The notes: generated from the letters alone by a model not told the origin. A DNA stretch of 63,582 nucleotides, filler included, from Bacteroidales bacterium (GCA_035389045.1; 4 parts of 4 records of this genome joined end to end with filler, not necessarily neighbours in it), one strand, 5' to 3'; shown: positions 19,894-29,874, counted from the whole stretch's first letter. Numbers and translations: made by a program.

Positions 19894-19910
19894 TAACCAC
19901 ATTGTTATTC

Positions 19911-19943
19911 AAAAAAACCCTTCCGGCAAAGAAGGGTTTTTTT
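19911..19943 (+). terminator. Intrinsic terminator after the ferredoxin
   Basis: AAAAAAACCCTTC-cggcaaa-GAAGGGTTTTTTT. Confidence 0.85.
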
Positions 19944-20014
19944 ATTTTATCATTATCCGGGGTTTAGTGATTTTATTATTTTTGTTAAAATAATTCTTAA
20001 ATACAAATTTTTTC

Positions 20015-21583
20015 ATGAGGAAACATGTCGATTTTCTTGTTATCGGTTCGGGTATTGCGGGATTGAGTTATGCCTTGAAAGTTGCTGAAAAAGGAAGTGT
20101 TTGCATCATCACCAAATCTAAAGCAGAAGAATCTTCCACCAACTTTGCACAGGGAGGCATAGCAGCTGTAATGTACGATCCTGATTCTTTTGAAAAACAT
20201 ATAAAGGATACGCTTATCGCCGGCGCCGGCCTCTGCGATGAAAACATGGTGCGTATCACCATCACGGAATCTACTGAACGTATCAGAGAACTGATAAGCT
20301 GGGGAACTGAATTTGACAAAACAGCATCCGGAAAATTCGACCTCGCAAAAGAAGGCGGGCATTCCGAATACCGTGTTCTGCACAACAAAGATCATACAGG
20401 CGCCTCCATAGAAAAAGCCCTGCTCAATGAGGTGAAGAATCATAAAAACATTGCGGTTTTAGAAGATTATTTTGCAATTGACCTGATCACTGAGCATCAT
20501 TTAGGTGTCGAAGTAACCCGTCAGACGGCCGGAATACACTGTTTCGGGGCTTATGTGTTGAATCCCGAAGAAGACAAGATCACAACGGTTTTGTCAAAAA
20601 TCACCATGGTAGCAACGGGTGGCGTCGGAAATGTATACGGGAACACCACAAACCCACCAATAGCCACCGGTGATGGTATTGCCATGGTATACCGCGCCAA
20701 AGGACAGATCGAGCACATGGAGTTTTTGCAGTTTCACCCTACTTCCTTATATAATCCCAAAGAACGGCCTTCCTTTCTGATCAGTGAAGCCGTCAGAGGT
20801 TTTGGGGGCATACTGAAAACTCTTGATGGCTGTGAATTCATGCAAAAATACGATCCCCGGCTGTGCCTTGCCCCGCGCGACATTGTAGCACGTGCTATCG
20901 ACAGCGAAATGAAACTTCGCGGTGAAGAATATGCTTACCTTGATTGCCGCCACCTCGACAAAAACCAGCTTATCAACCGTTTCCCTACCATCTATGCAAA
21001 ATGCCTGAGCATCGGCATCGACATTACCCGGGAAATGATACCTGTTGTCCCTGCCGCTCACTACATGTGCGGCGGTATAAAAATCGATGAATATGGCCGG
21101 AGTTCAATAAAGAATCTGTATGCTGCCGGCGAATGTGCCTGCACCGGGCTGCATGGCGCCAACCGACTTGCCTCCAACTCTTTGCTCGAAGCGGTGGTTT
21201 TTTCGCATCGTGCGGCCATTGACTCCATGCAACAACTAAAACAAGTTGAACTGAATGACAACATTCCGGATTGGAACGCCGAAGGAACCGTTCTGAACGA
21301 AGAAATGATCCTGATCACGCAGACCACAAAAGAACTCCGTGAGATCATGAGCAACTATGTCGGCATCGTCCGCTCAGACCTCCGCCTGAAAAGAGCTATG
21401 GACAGGCTCAGAATCCTGTATCGTGAAACAGAAGAACTATACGAACGCTCTATCCTGACCAAAAAAATCTGCGAACTGCGCAATATGATAAATGTAGCTT
21501 ACCTGATCATTAAAATGGCTGCGCTGCGAAAAGAAAGCCGCGGGCTTCATTATTCTCTCGATTACCCTGAACTAAAAAAATAA
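20015..21583 (+). CDS. nadB: L-aspartate oxidase
   Basis: VIGSGIAG, AQGGIAAV, EGGHS, QFHPT, LISEAVRG, LAPRDIVARAI, AAHYMCGG, GLHGANRLASNSLLE, ESRGLHY. Confidence 0.97.
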   Translation: MRKHVDFLVIGSGIAGLSYALKVAEKGSVCIITKSKAEESSTNFAQGGIAAVMYDPDSFEKHIKDTLIAGAGLCDENMVRITITESTERIRELISWGTEFDKTASGKFDLAKEGGHSEYRVLHNKDHTGASIEKALLNEVKNHKNIAVLEDYFAIDLITEHHLGVEVTRQTAGIHCFGAYVLNPEEDKITTVLSKITMVATGGVGNVYGNTTNPPIATGDGIAMVYRAKGQIEHMEFLQFHPTSLYNPKERPSFLISEAVRGFGGILKTLDGCEFMQKYDPRLCLAPRDIVARAIDSEMKLRGEEYAYLDCRHLDKNQLINRFPTIYAKCLSIGIDITREMIPVVPAAHYMCGGIKIDEYGRSSIKNLYAAGECACTGLHGANRLASNSLLEAVVFSHRAAIDSMQQLKQVELNDNIPDWNAEGTVLNEEMILITQTTKELREIMSNYVGIVRSDLRLKRAMDRLRILYRETEELYERSILTKKICELRNMINVAYLIIKMAALRKESRGLHYSLDYPELKK

Positions 21584-21587
21584 TGTT

Positions 21588-22109
21588 ATGGCTCTGATGA
21601 AAAAAGTAAACGGCATCAGCCCCAAATGGGGAGCAAATTGTTTTTTTGCTGAAAATGCCACACTCGCCGGCGACGTGGTATTGGGCGCAGAATGCAGTGT
21701 ATGGTTCAATGCCGTTATCCGTGGTGATGTGCACAGTATACGCATTGGTAATAATGTAAACATACAGGATGGAGCTGTGGTTCACTGTACCTATCAGAAG
21801 GCCTCTGTTACCATAGGCAATAATGTTTCCATCGCACACCGGGCCATTATCCACGGGTGTACTATTAATGATAATGTTCTGATCGGGATGGGCGCCATCA
21901 TTATGGATGGTGTGATTATCGAAAGCAACAGTATTATTGCTGCAGGTGCGGTGGTGCTCGAAAACACCCTGGTTGAATCGGGCAGTATCTATGCCGGCAT
22001 GCCTGCAAAAAAAATAAAAAGCATTGACAAAACACTGCTGGAGGGACAAGTAAACCGCATATCGAGAAATTACATGATGTATGCCAGCTGGTACAACAAT
22101 GATAAATAA
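21588..22109 (+). CDS. Gamma carbonic anhydrase family (YrdA/PaaY-like) hexapeptide-repeat protein
   Basis: VWFNAVIRGDV, NIQDGAVVH, HRAIIHGC, LIGMGAIIMD. Confidence 0.92.
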   Translation: MALMKKVNGISPKWGANCFFAENATLAGDVVLGAECSVWFNAVIRGDVHSIRIGNNVNIQDGAVVHCTYQKASVTIGNNVSIAHRAIIHGCTINDNVLIGMGAIIMDGVIIESNSIIAAGAVVLENTLVESGSIYAGMPAKKIKSIDKTLLEGQVNRISRNYMMYASWYNNDK

Positions 22110-22140
22110 TACCTGTTGGTAAACTGTAAAAGGGATATAT

Positions 22141-23187
22141 ATGCACTTCAACGGTAAAAATTACAGAACGGTATGGATGGAAAAGAGTTCTGTCTTTATG
22201 ATAGAACAAAACCTGCTGCCCTTTGATTTCCGTATTTACGAATCAGCAAATTTCAGGCAGACATGCCATGCCATAAAAACCATGATCGTTCGCGGCGCCG
22301 GAGCCATTGGCGTTACAGCAGGATATGCCATGGCCCAGGCATTCGTTGAGGGATCGAACACAGATATCCTCAAATATGCCGCTGACGCAAAAAAAGAAAT
22401 TGAAGAAACAAGACCTACAGCGAGAAATCTTTTTTATGCTGTAGCCCGGGTGTATAATGCAGGGATAAATAATCCTCCGGACGCCATCGTTGAAGCAGAA
22501 AAACTGGCACAGGAAGATGTGGATGCCAGCAAGCGTATCGGAGAACTTGGCAACGAACTCATCATAGATGGTTTTGGTATAGAAACACATTGCAATGCCG
22601 GCTGGCTGGCCTTTACAGATTACGGCACCGCTCTTTCGCCGGTTTACCGGGCGGCAGCAACAGGAAAAAAAATTTTTGTTTATGTCGATGAAACCCGCCC
22701 GAGGAGCCAGGGAGCACGGCTTACGGCATGGGAACTTAAAAATGAGAACATTCCTCATGTTATAATTCCTGACAATGCCGGAGCTTACCTGATGTCGCTC
22801 GGAAAAATTGATATGGTCATCGTCGGCGCCGACCGTATAGCCGCCAACGGAGATGTTGCCAATAAAATCGGCACACTCGAAAAAGCCATAGCTGCCCGTG
22901 AATATAAAATTCCTTTTTATGTGGCTGCACCTACCTCCACGTTTGATCCAGATTGCATCAGTGGAAAACAAATCCCAATTGAAGAACGCAGCCCGGAAGA
23001 AATACTGTACCAGACCGGCCCCGACCAGGAAGGAAATATGCACAGAATTCTTGTCTGTTCTCCTGATTCACCGGCCATGAATCCCGCTTTTGATGTAACA
23101 CCGGCCAAACTGATCACAAAAATCATCACCGAGAAGGGGATTATCAATCCTGATAAAAACGATATCAAAAAACTGTTTTCAACATGA
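22141..23187 (+). CDS. mtnA: S-methyl-5-thioribose-1-phosphate isomerase
   Basis: MIVRGAGAIG, TRPTARNL, THCNAGWLA, DETRPRSQGARLTAWEL, VGADRIAANGDVANKIGT, NPAFDVTP. Confidence 0.95.
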   Translation: MHFNGKNYRTVWMEKSSVFMIEQNLLPFDFRIYESANFRQTCHAIKTMIVRGAGAIGVTAGYAMAQAFVEGSNTDILKYAADAKKEIEETRPTARNLFYAVARVYNAGINNPPDAIVEAEKLAQEDVDASKRIGELGNELIIDGFGIETHCNAGWLAFTDYGTALSPVYRAAATGKKIFVYVDETRPRSQGARLTAWELKNENIPHVIIPDNAGAYLMSLGKIDMVIVGADRIAANGDVANKIGTLEKAIAAREYKIPFYVAAPTSTFDPDCISGKQIPIEERSPEEILYQTGPDQEGNMHRILVCSPDSPAMNPAFDVTPAKLITKIITEKGIINPDKNDIKKLFST

Positions 23188-23786
23188 GTAAAGAGGAGTA
23201 TGGTGGCGTAAAATTTAAAACGGTTTTTGTGCAGAAACCCTGGCTGCATCACCCGTTTCTCGAAGAACTGAAAAAGTGGTGTGCAGTGTTTCACGAAAAA
23301 GGTTTGTCGCCTCCTTATCCCGGAGGCTCTTACGGCAACCTCAGTTTCCGAACACAAAACAATTCTTTTATTATCACCGGCACCTCCATTGGGTTAAAAG
23401 GAAACCTTGATAATACCTGTTTTGTGGAAGTCACCCATTGTGATGTACCGCAAAAGAACGTCTATGCGAAAGGCTTTCGCGAACCATCTTCCGAAAGTTT
23501 TATGCATTATATCATTTATAAAAACAGACCGGATATACACGCCATCTTTCACGGACACCATGAGCCCATCACACAAAACGCTGTTGTTCTGGGCATCCCG
23601 GAAACAATAGAAAAAACATCGTACGGGTCTGTTGCTCTGGCCGAAAGCGTACTTAAAATATTAGACCATCATAGCTTTATTGTTATCAAAGAACATGGTT
23701 TTGTTTCAATGGCAGAAACGATGCAGCAGGCCGGACAACAGACATTGCAGTACTTGCAAGAACTTAAGAATGTGATGGATCTTTAG
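23184..23786 (+). CDS. Class II aldolase/adducin family protein (MtnB- or DHAP-shunt aldolase-like)
   Basis: GNLSFR, PSSESFMH..IY, AIFHGH, HG metal ligands; ATGA overlap with mtnA. Confidence 0.88.
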   Translation: MSKEEYGGVKFKTVFVQKPWLHHPFLEELKKWCAVFHEKGLSPPYPGGSYGNLSFRTQNNSFIITGTSIGLKGNLDNTCFVEVTHCDVPQKNVYAKGFREPSSESFMHYIIYKNRPDIHAIFHGHHEPITQNAVVLGIPETIEKTSYGSVALAESVLKILDHHSFIVIKEHGFVSMAETMQQAGQQTLQYLQELKNVMDL

Positions 23787-23953
23787 ATACCTGTTCCTTT
23801 GCGGCAATTAATATCGATTAAAATATACCAATACATTTTAAGAACAGTTTTATGCTCTGCTTATAAAAGCAAACACACCAGAGATTACCTTATATCAACG
23901 GGTGAGTATCAGGCAGGAATGCCATGTGCATAATAAATTAATTGCACATTTTA

Positions 23954-24112
23954 GAAATTGTTTTGATTATATTTTTTCATATCTTTATGCGTCTTTTTTG
24001 CTGCAACTTCGTTAGATTTTTCGACATAGGATAAACTATGTCTGTAAAATCTGCCTCGTTTCGCTAAAAAATCCATCATAAATCTTATGTAACATAAAAT
24101 CAAAACAGTTTC
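23954..24112 (+). mobile_element. MITE family A, complete copy (159 bp)
   Basis: TIRs GAAATTGTTTTGATT and AATCAAAACAGTTTC; central hairpin GACATAG-gataaa-CTATGTC; three other copies in the window. Confidence 0.88.
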
Positions 24113-24150
24113 TTAATCATGGGCCACAAAAATTGTAATTATCAAATTGC

Positions 24151-24158
24151 TACTTTTG
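24151..24158 (+). promoter_or_regulatory. Bacteroidota -7 promoter element
   Basis: TACTTTTG(CA), 25 nt upstream of 24184. Confidence 0.55.
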
Positions 24159-24183
24159 CATACTCCATATTAATAATGCCGCA

Positions 24184-25683
24184 ATGAAAAATATCATCCT
24201 TACCATCACCTTTCTTGTTACTATTACAGGACTTACTTATTCACAACAGGTAAATGGAACAATAGTCTCCGATTCGGGAAATCTGAAAGTGGTAAAGATC
24301 TGGGGCACCCATTACCAACGGGGTTTTGCTTATGGATTTTTGTGTGGACACGACATTATGTCGGTATGGAATAATTATGTATTTCCGACGTATGGAATTT
24401 ATCTGAACCTGGCCAAACAAATCGTCGGAAATGAAAATTATTTTTCCATTGATAATCGTTACCGTGTCGAAGCTGGCGCCATACTTGACGGAATCGGCGC
24501 GGCAGGTTTTGACACTACCGGACTTTCGTACCTTGATTTATTTGTTGTAAATTTTCTTAACGACCTTCAGGGTTTTATGCCCAAGAAGCTGCCTTCACAA
24601 AACTGTTCCAGCCTGCTTGACTGGGGCGATGCTACGCTGGGGACAGACCTGAATGGAAAATCGGTCATTTGTCACCACCTTGATGCCGACCAGCCGGATA
24701 CAGCGATTATTAACAACCAGGTGCTTGTCATTCATTTTCCGTCGGAACCGGACGAACAGCCGTGGCTGCTTACCGGAACAGCAGGACAGATGACCGCGGC
24801 ACAAACGGTGAACAATAGCGGTTTGTGTGCCTTTTTAAATTCAGTGGAAGGATTCAGCGCCCAAATAAACATGCATTACGAACCTATAACCCTTGCTATC
24901 AGAAAGGCCATAGAAACCGCCGACTACAACAATGACGGGAAAAACAATACGGATGACATGCGCGCCGCCTTATCATCAAACGTTAACGGATATGCCAATG
25001 GATTTATAGTATGTGCTGTCGCACCCTCAACCGAAATCACCGACAGCCTGACGGCCGGCATCATCGAACTGGCATCGCAGCAGCCCTATGTCACATACCG
25101 CAACGCAGATTTTGCCGATTCCATTACGGGCGAAAATATTTATGCCGCAAACTCCATGATAAAAAGAAATAATGCCTACGATTTTTGTTCCCGTTACACA
25201 GCCGTAAAAAATGAAATAAACCTGAACTACAACGGACAAGGTATTGGTTCGCAGGACAATTGGGACATTATGAAAAACTTTTCCACACAAAGTACAAACC
25301 TACAAATGATACAGGTTATTCCAGAAAACCGTATTTTTAAAATTTCTATCCGCGACGCCGCACACCTCGCCTATCAAAAAACTCCCATGACACTGGACAT
25401 GAATATTCTGTTCACCCCGGTAGGAATTGATGAAACAAACCAAACAGAAAATTTTAATATACTAATGTATCCCAATCCTGTAAAAGAACAGATCCAACTT
25501 GAATTATCCGGAAACCATGACCATATAAGTTATGAAATATCGGATCTGACCGGACAAATCATACAAAAATCTGTGATTGTAAACAAAACAAATATTGATG
25601 TATCCGGGTTTCCACAAGGGTTATATCTTATCAAAGTTATTTCAGACAAAGGAGTTACCGTAAAAAATTTCATTAAAATATAA
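24184..25683 (+). CDS. T9SS type-A cargo, probable C45-family (Ntn-hydrolase) autoproteolytic acyltransferase/peptidase
   Basis: VVKIWGTHYQRGFAYG pro-region, QN-CSS nucleophile-like motif, CHHLD, TVNNSGL; CTD MYPNPV..GLYLIK..KNFIKI. Confidence 0.75.
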   Translation: MKNIILTITFLVTITGLTYSQQVNGTIVSDSGNLKVVKIWGTHYQRGFAYGFLCGHDIMSVWNNYVFPTYGIYLNLAKQIVGNENYFSIDNRYRVEAGAILDGIGAAGFDTTGLSYLDLFVVNFLNDLQGFMPKKLPSQNCSSLLDWGDATLGTDLNGKSVICHHLDADQPDTAIINNQVLVIHFPSEPDEQPWLLTGTAGQMTAAQTVNNSGLCAFLNSVEGFSAQINMHYEPITLAIRKAIETADYNNDGKNNTDDMRAALSSNVNGYANGFIVCAVAPSTEITDSLTAGIIELASQQPYVTYRNADFADSITGENIYAANSMIKRNNAYDFCSRYTAVKNEINLNYNGQGIGSQDNWDIMKNFSTQSTNLQMIQVIPENRIFKISIRDAAHLAYQKTPMTLDMNILFTPVGIDETNQTENFNILMYPNPVKEQIQLELSGNHDHISYEISDLTGQIIQKSVIVNKTNIDVSGFPQGLYLIKVISDKGVTVKNFIKI

Positions 25684-25866
25684 TTTTTGCCCGACTGATA
25701 ATTTACGCTCTAACCCTAACAGAATTTACTGATCCGCACGATATCCGCTCCGGCGGACCGCAAGGAAACAGGGTAAACAATGCTATCGTAAAAACGTATG
25801 CACCATCCATCCGGCATTGGAATGCGATGCGCGTATATTATAAAAGGTGGTTTTATACCTGATAAA

Positions 25867-25900
25867 AAAGTGGTTTCATTTTGTCAAATGAAACCACTTT
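25867..25900. terminator. Perfect 15-bp inverted repeat between convergent genes (probable bidirectional terminator)
   Basis: AAAGTGGTTTCATTT-tgtc-AAATGAAACCACTTT. Confidence 0.7.
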
Positions 25901-25954
25901 CTGTTGTCGAATAATTTTGCCGGACTTCTTTACCGGCTGTGATTTCTCTTTTTT

Positions 25955-25987
25955 AGGGCGCCCGATCAGGGTAATTAGAGATGCCCT
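25955..25987. repeat. Short derivative of element B abutting a stop codon
   Basis: GCGCCCGATCAGGGTAATTAGAGATGCCCTTTA resembles GCGCCTGATCGGGGTTATAAGAGATGCCCTTTA at 242-274. Confidence 0.6.
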
Positions 25988-27928
25988 TTACAATTTGATG
26001 AATTGTTTGGTTATAACAGATCCGGATTTCGTGTTAATACGGGTAATATATACGCCATTATTCAAATTGGAAATATCAAACACTGCAATAGTTCCATTGT
26101 TTTTATAATAATTAAAATTATTAACTTTTCTTCCTGAAATGTCATAAATTTCAATGGTAGTAATACTATTCAATGAATAATTATTTATTCCCTGCAGCAC
26201 AAAATGTTCATGAGCCGGGTTGGGAAATAAATTAATATTTTGCGGCAGGTCGTTCGTGTTTTCAGGGATATGGGCATATCCGTTCACGTCGATGGTGTCA
26301 AGATGATTGATAGGAGGGTTCTTCACAACAGTTACCGTGGCTAAAGAATCCGGCCAGTGCACCACGATGGAGTCAATGGCGGTATGATCACCCAATCCGA
26401 ATACCATGATAAAAGGCTGTTGTCCGCATTTGTTACCTCTTCCGGCATAAACTTCCCTCATTTTCACCAACGAATCCGCATATACAAAAATCCTTGCTCC
26501 GATGGCATTATAGTTACATCCCGGAGGCGCAATAAGCTTAACTGAAACCCAATTATTCTGGTTCCCGATTTCATTTCTGATTAAATATGTTTTAAGGTTA
26601 TTGTCTTTGGCAAAGATAAGGTCATCATCACCATCAAGGTCGTAATCTAATGGTTCGGTGGCATGTGTTGAACTGAACAGTGTGTCTCCTATAAATCCGA
26701 GCTCACTGTTTATATCCGCAAAAGTATGATCAGTGTTCTGATAAAACATATATAGCCTGTCTGTCGCAGGCACATAATGTCCCTGCATCAGCGACATATC
26801 TTCAAGCCCGTCGTTATCGAAGTCGAACCATGCAATATCATAATCTCCGTGATGGGAGGATTTGGGTGCGTCCCATGTGATTCTGTTCAGTTCCCAATGC
26901 AAATGATAATCTGTGCCTGGGCCTTCATTGATCACGATAGTGCTGCGTCCTTCATTAGCATCATTACCTCCGTGAACCTGCGCCAGCATCAGATCCATAT
27001 CGCCGTCATTATCGAAGTCCTCGGGGGCGGCAATCCAGTTGCAGAGATTCTGCCCGTTGTCGCCCTGCATAAACCGGGCATTGTAACCTGCAATGGCAGA
27101 AATATCAGAGTATGTTCCGTTGCCGTTGTTTTTCCATAATGTCCCGCCCGTCCGGCAATAGGGAGATGTAAGAATATCGGGCCATCGATCGTTATTCCAG
27201 TCTGTCACCTGACAGCCATACAATGGCTCATTTTTAATAGAAAGTCCTGCCGCCGTGGATACATCTGTAAATGTACCGTCGCCGTTGCCTTTAAAAAGAA
27301 AGCTATGATTCCAGATATTGCTGTTATAATCCTTAAAAAAAGTACCCATAAAAACATCCAGATTACCATCTTTATCATAATCCAGGAAAGAATGCCCTGT
27401 GGGGTTGTTTAATCCGATCTCGTGGATTCCGTTATTGGGAACTGTTGTAAATTTCCCTGTTCCATCGCCCAGCAGCACTTCGCCACGGTCGCCGTTATCA
27501 TAATAGGTTTCCAGATTGTACGTATCGTTTCCGGTGATCATATCCACATTTCCGTCGTTATTCACATCGGCGAAGACGGCATTTAAAATCCTGTGCCCGG
27601 CAGAATCGGGAATAATATTAGCATTGATACCTGATATGGGTGTAACATCCAGAAACAACCTGTCGAGCGGGTTTGTGGAATTTGTATCCTGCACATTTAG
27701 GTAAACCCTCATGGCGTCTTTACAATATATATCGCCGGTACGAACTACCAACAGATCGGGATAATTGTCGTTATTGACATCTGAAACCATAAGGTAAAAG
27801 GATTTTACTCCGATAAGACCAACTTGTCCGGTAACATTTTTGAACCAGGTGGTATCTTGCGCAGTACACGTGTTATTCCAAATTAATAACCCCATTAGAA
27901 CTATGAACAGTGAGTAATTTTTTCTCAT
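25988..27928 (-). CDS. CRTAC1-like FG-GAP/VCBS repeat protein with ASPIC/UnbV domain and T9SS type-A CTD
   Basis: Repeated DxNNDGxxD/DYDxDG loops; NAIGARI..REVYAG..FGLG..VVHWP; CTD LFPNPA..GVYI..QFIKL; start MRKNY at 27928. Confidence 0.9.
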   Translation of the reverse strand: MRKNYSLFIVLMGLLIWNNTCTAQDTTWFKNVTGQVGLIGVKSFYLMVSDVNNDNYPDLLVVRTGDIYCKDAMRVYLNVQDTNSTNPLDRLFLDVTPISGINANIIPDSAGHRILNAVFADVNNDGNVDMITGNDTYNLETYYDNGDRGEVLLGDGTGKFTTVPNNGIHEIGLNNPTGHSFLDYDKDGNLDVFMGTFFKDYNSNIWNHSFLFKGNGDGTFTDVSTAAGLSIKNEPLYGCQVTDWNNDRWPDILTSPYCRTGGTLWKNNGNGTYSDISAIAGYNARFMQGDNGQNLCNWIAAPEDFDNDGDMDLMLAQVHGGNDANEGRSTIVINEGPGTDYHLHWELNRITWDAPKSSHHGDYDIAWFDFDNDGLEDMSLMQGHYVPATDRLYMFYQNTDHTFADINSELGFIGDTLFSSTHATEPLDYDLDGDDDLIFAKDNNLKTYLIRNEIGNQNNWVSVKLIAPPGCNYNAIGARIFVYADSLVKMREVYAGRGNKCGQQPFIMVFGLGDHTAIDSIVVHWPDSLATVTVVKNPPINHLDTIDVNGYAHIPENTNDLPQNINLFPNPAHEHFVLQGINNYSLNSITTIEIYDISGRKVNNFNYYKNNGTIAVFDISNLNNGVYITRINTKSGSVITKQFIKL

Positions 27929-28129
27929 AATAAAGATTTTAATTGAACAAAAAAAACATAATAATAAAAACAGATGCTCAAATTTACACATTATCACTGA
28001 AACAAATATTTGATAAAGAGAAAAAAGTTTTCCGCAGGTTTATATCCCGTTGCCGGCATCCTTCCCTCTGGGCACAGGCAATAAATATGCCCCGACAACG
28101 TTTTCATAAAATTCCGCAGCGTATCCGTA

Positions 28130-29323
28130 TTATTTTTTCAATCTTCCATAATAGCATTTAAGGGATTCTTCTTCTGCTGCAATAGTACAGTAATTGCAAT
28201 CAATGCATCTTGATTTTGGCTGAGCGCCGTCTTTGAATTTTTTGACAATATTTGGTTCAATAATAAAAGGCTTGCTCATTGAAACAAAATCTGCTTTTTT
28301 TTCTGAAATTATTTTGTTTATTTCAGCTATTGATCTGATCCCCCCGACCACTATCACCGGGATACTGACATTTTTTCTGATCTCATAGGCATAAGCAATA
28401 TTGTAGCCCGTGTAGGGTTTGATTTTTTTAGTAAGCAGAGGCACTATCTGTTTTGCTAGGCCTTTAACTATTTTGGGATACGACTTATATCTAAAATTAT
28501 ATCTAAAGGCAGCATCAACGGGCAGGATGTCCCCACGTACCGTATACAGACCGTCTTCGTGCACCCCACAGGAAACTTCAATAGCCGCACATCCCGATTT
28601 CTCAAGCATTTGTGCGATTTCAACGGACTCTGCCAATGTCATGCCTCCTCTCCGGCCATCATGGGCATTCAGTTTCACCAAAACAGGAAAATCTTCAACC
28701 CTGAATTTTGCCTGGTCAAGAATTTCCCTGATAATCCTGAATTTGTTTTCGGTCGTCCCGCCCCATTTGTCGGTCCGCCTGTTCGAATAGGATGATAAAA
28801 ACTCTGAAAGCAAAAAACCATGGGCTATATGCAATTGAACCCCGTCAAATCCGGCTTTTTTTGCCCTGACGATCGCATCCGTAAAATTCAGTATTATTTC
28901 AATGATCTCCTGCTCTGACAATTCCTTTGGAAGGGTTTCATTAAATGACTTATTCCTTATTGCTGTCGGTGCGACGGTCGGGAATCCTGTTACCTTCGAC
29001 CTGGTCTGGCTTCCGCAATGAACAATCTGTAAGATTACTGGTGTCTGGTATTCATGTATTTTTTGTGTAATTTGGGCATAGGAATCTATATAAGAATCAT
29101 CATGTATCATCAGCATATTGCGGGAATTACTTTTTCCATTTTGCATGATTCCCGCAAAACCAGTAATAATACATCCCACATCATTTCGGGCCAGCACTTC
29201 ATATTTTTTAAGTAAACTGCCGGTCGGATATCCTGCTTCATCTGCGAGTCCCTCATGTGTTGCTGATCGGATAATCCTGTTTTTCAGCTTTATGGAACCA
29301 ATTTCTGCTGTTTCAAAAACCAT
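28130..29323 (-). CDS. NADH:flavin oxidoreductase (Old Yellow Enzyme family)
   Basis: LKNRIIRSATHE, QIVHCG, AGFDGVQLHIAHGFLLSEFLS..SNRRTDKWGG, VGGIRS, C-terminal CIDCNYC. Confidence 0.93.
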   Translation of the reverse strand: MVFETAEIGSIKLKNRIIRSATHEGLADEAGYPTGSLLKKYEVLARNDVGCIITGFAGIMQNGKSNSRNMLMIHDDSYIDSYAQITQKIHEYQTPVILQIVHCGSQTRSKVTGFPTVAPTAIRNKSFNETLPKELSEQEIIEIILNFTDAIVRAKKAGFDGVQLHIAHGFLLSEFLSSYSNRRTDKWGGTTENKFRIIREILDQAKFRVEDFPVLVKLNAHDGRRGGMTLAESVEIAQMLEKSGCAAIEVSCGVHEDGLYTVRGDILPVDAAFRYNFRYKSYPKIVKGLAKQIVPLLTKKIKPYTGYNIAYAYEIRKNVSIPVIVVGGIRSIAEINKIISEKKADFVSMSKPFIIEPNIVKKFKDGAQPKSRCIDCNYCTIAAEEESLKCYYGRLKK

Positions 29324-29473
29324 TCATACTATTATTAATTGAAGTTTCGCATAAAAAAAATAAAATTGATAAATACTTATAATTTGTGGATTGCAAAGAG
29401 AATAACATTATAGAAAACAACTTTTTTACATATAGTCAAAAAGAACAAAACCACGGTCAGTCAGAGCAGATTC

Positions 29474-29573
29474 TCCTTTGTGCGCCTTAGTGCAAACACT
29501 TTGTGCGCCTTAGTGGTAAAAAAAACGTAACCACGAAGTCGCACGAAGGAAAATCACAAAGGGACACGAAGGA
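29474..29573. repeat. Intergenic short-repeat hairpin of the CTTTGTG..CTTnGTG / CACnAAG..CACAAAG type
   Basis: Direct repeat CTTTGTGCGCCTTAGTG twice, followed by imperfect inverted copies CACGAAGTCGCACGAAG and CACAAAGGGACACGAAG. Confidence 0.7.
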
Positions 29574-29874
29574 AGAAATAAATTAAACATCAAAAAAATG
29601 GTTCGTATCAACCCTCATTGCCGCGCTGTGTACGGCTGCGTGACATAAAAAAATCATGCGAAACTTTAGTTATTAATTTATAGAAATCATTGTTTTCATT
29701 ATTTTCAAACTTTTATCATTAAGCATACCCTCTTGTTGAGGCAATGTTTCTGTATTATTATACTGATTCTTTTTATCAGTGAACCTGTTTTTATAATTGC
29801 TATAATATTTTATCCATAAGCATAACTAAGATACTATTGTGCCGGATTTTCTGCGTTTCTGACAAAGCATAAAA

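Noticed and set aside
19268..19993. ORF-track entries 19268-19543, 19694-19993 and 19699-19902
   Set aside because: Shadow frames of the 30-aa peptide and the ferredoxin, which have better motif and terminator support.
22243..23043. Long antisense ORFs over mtnA, mreB, nadB and the gamma-CA gene
   Set aside because: They fully overlap well-supported genes on the opposite strand and have no recognisable motifs.
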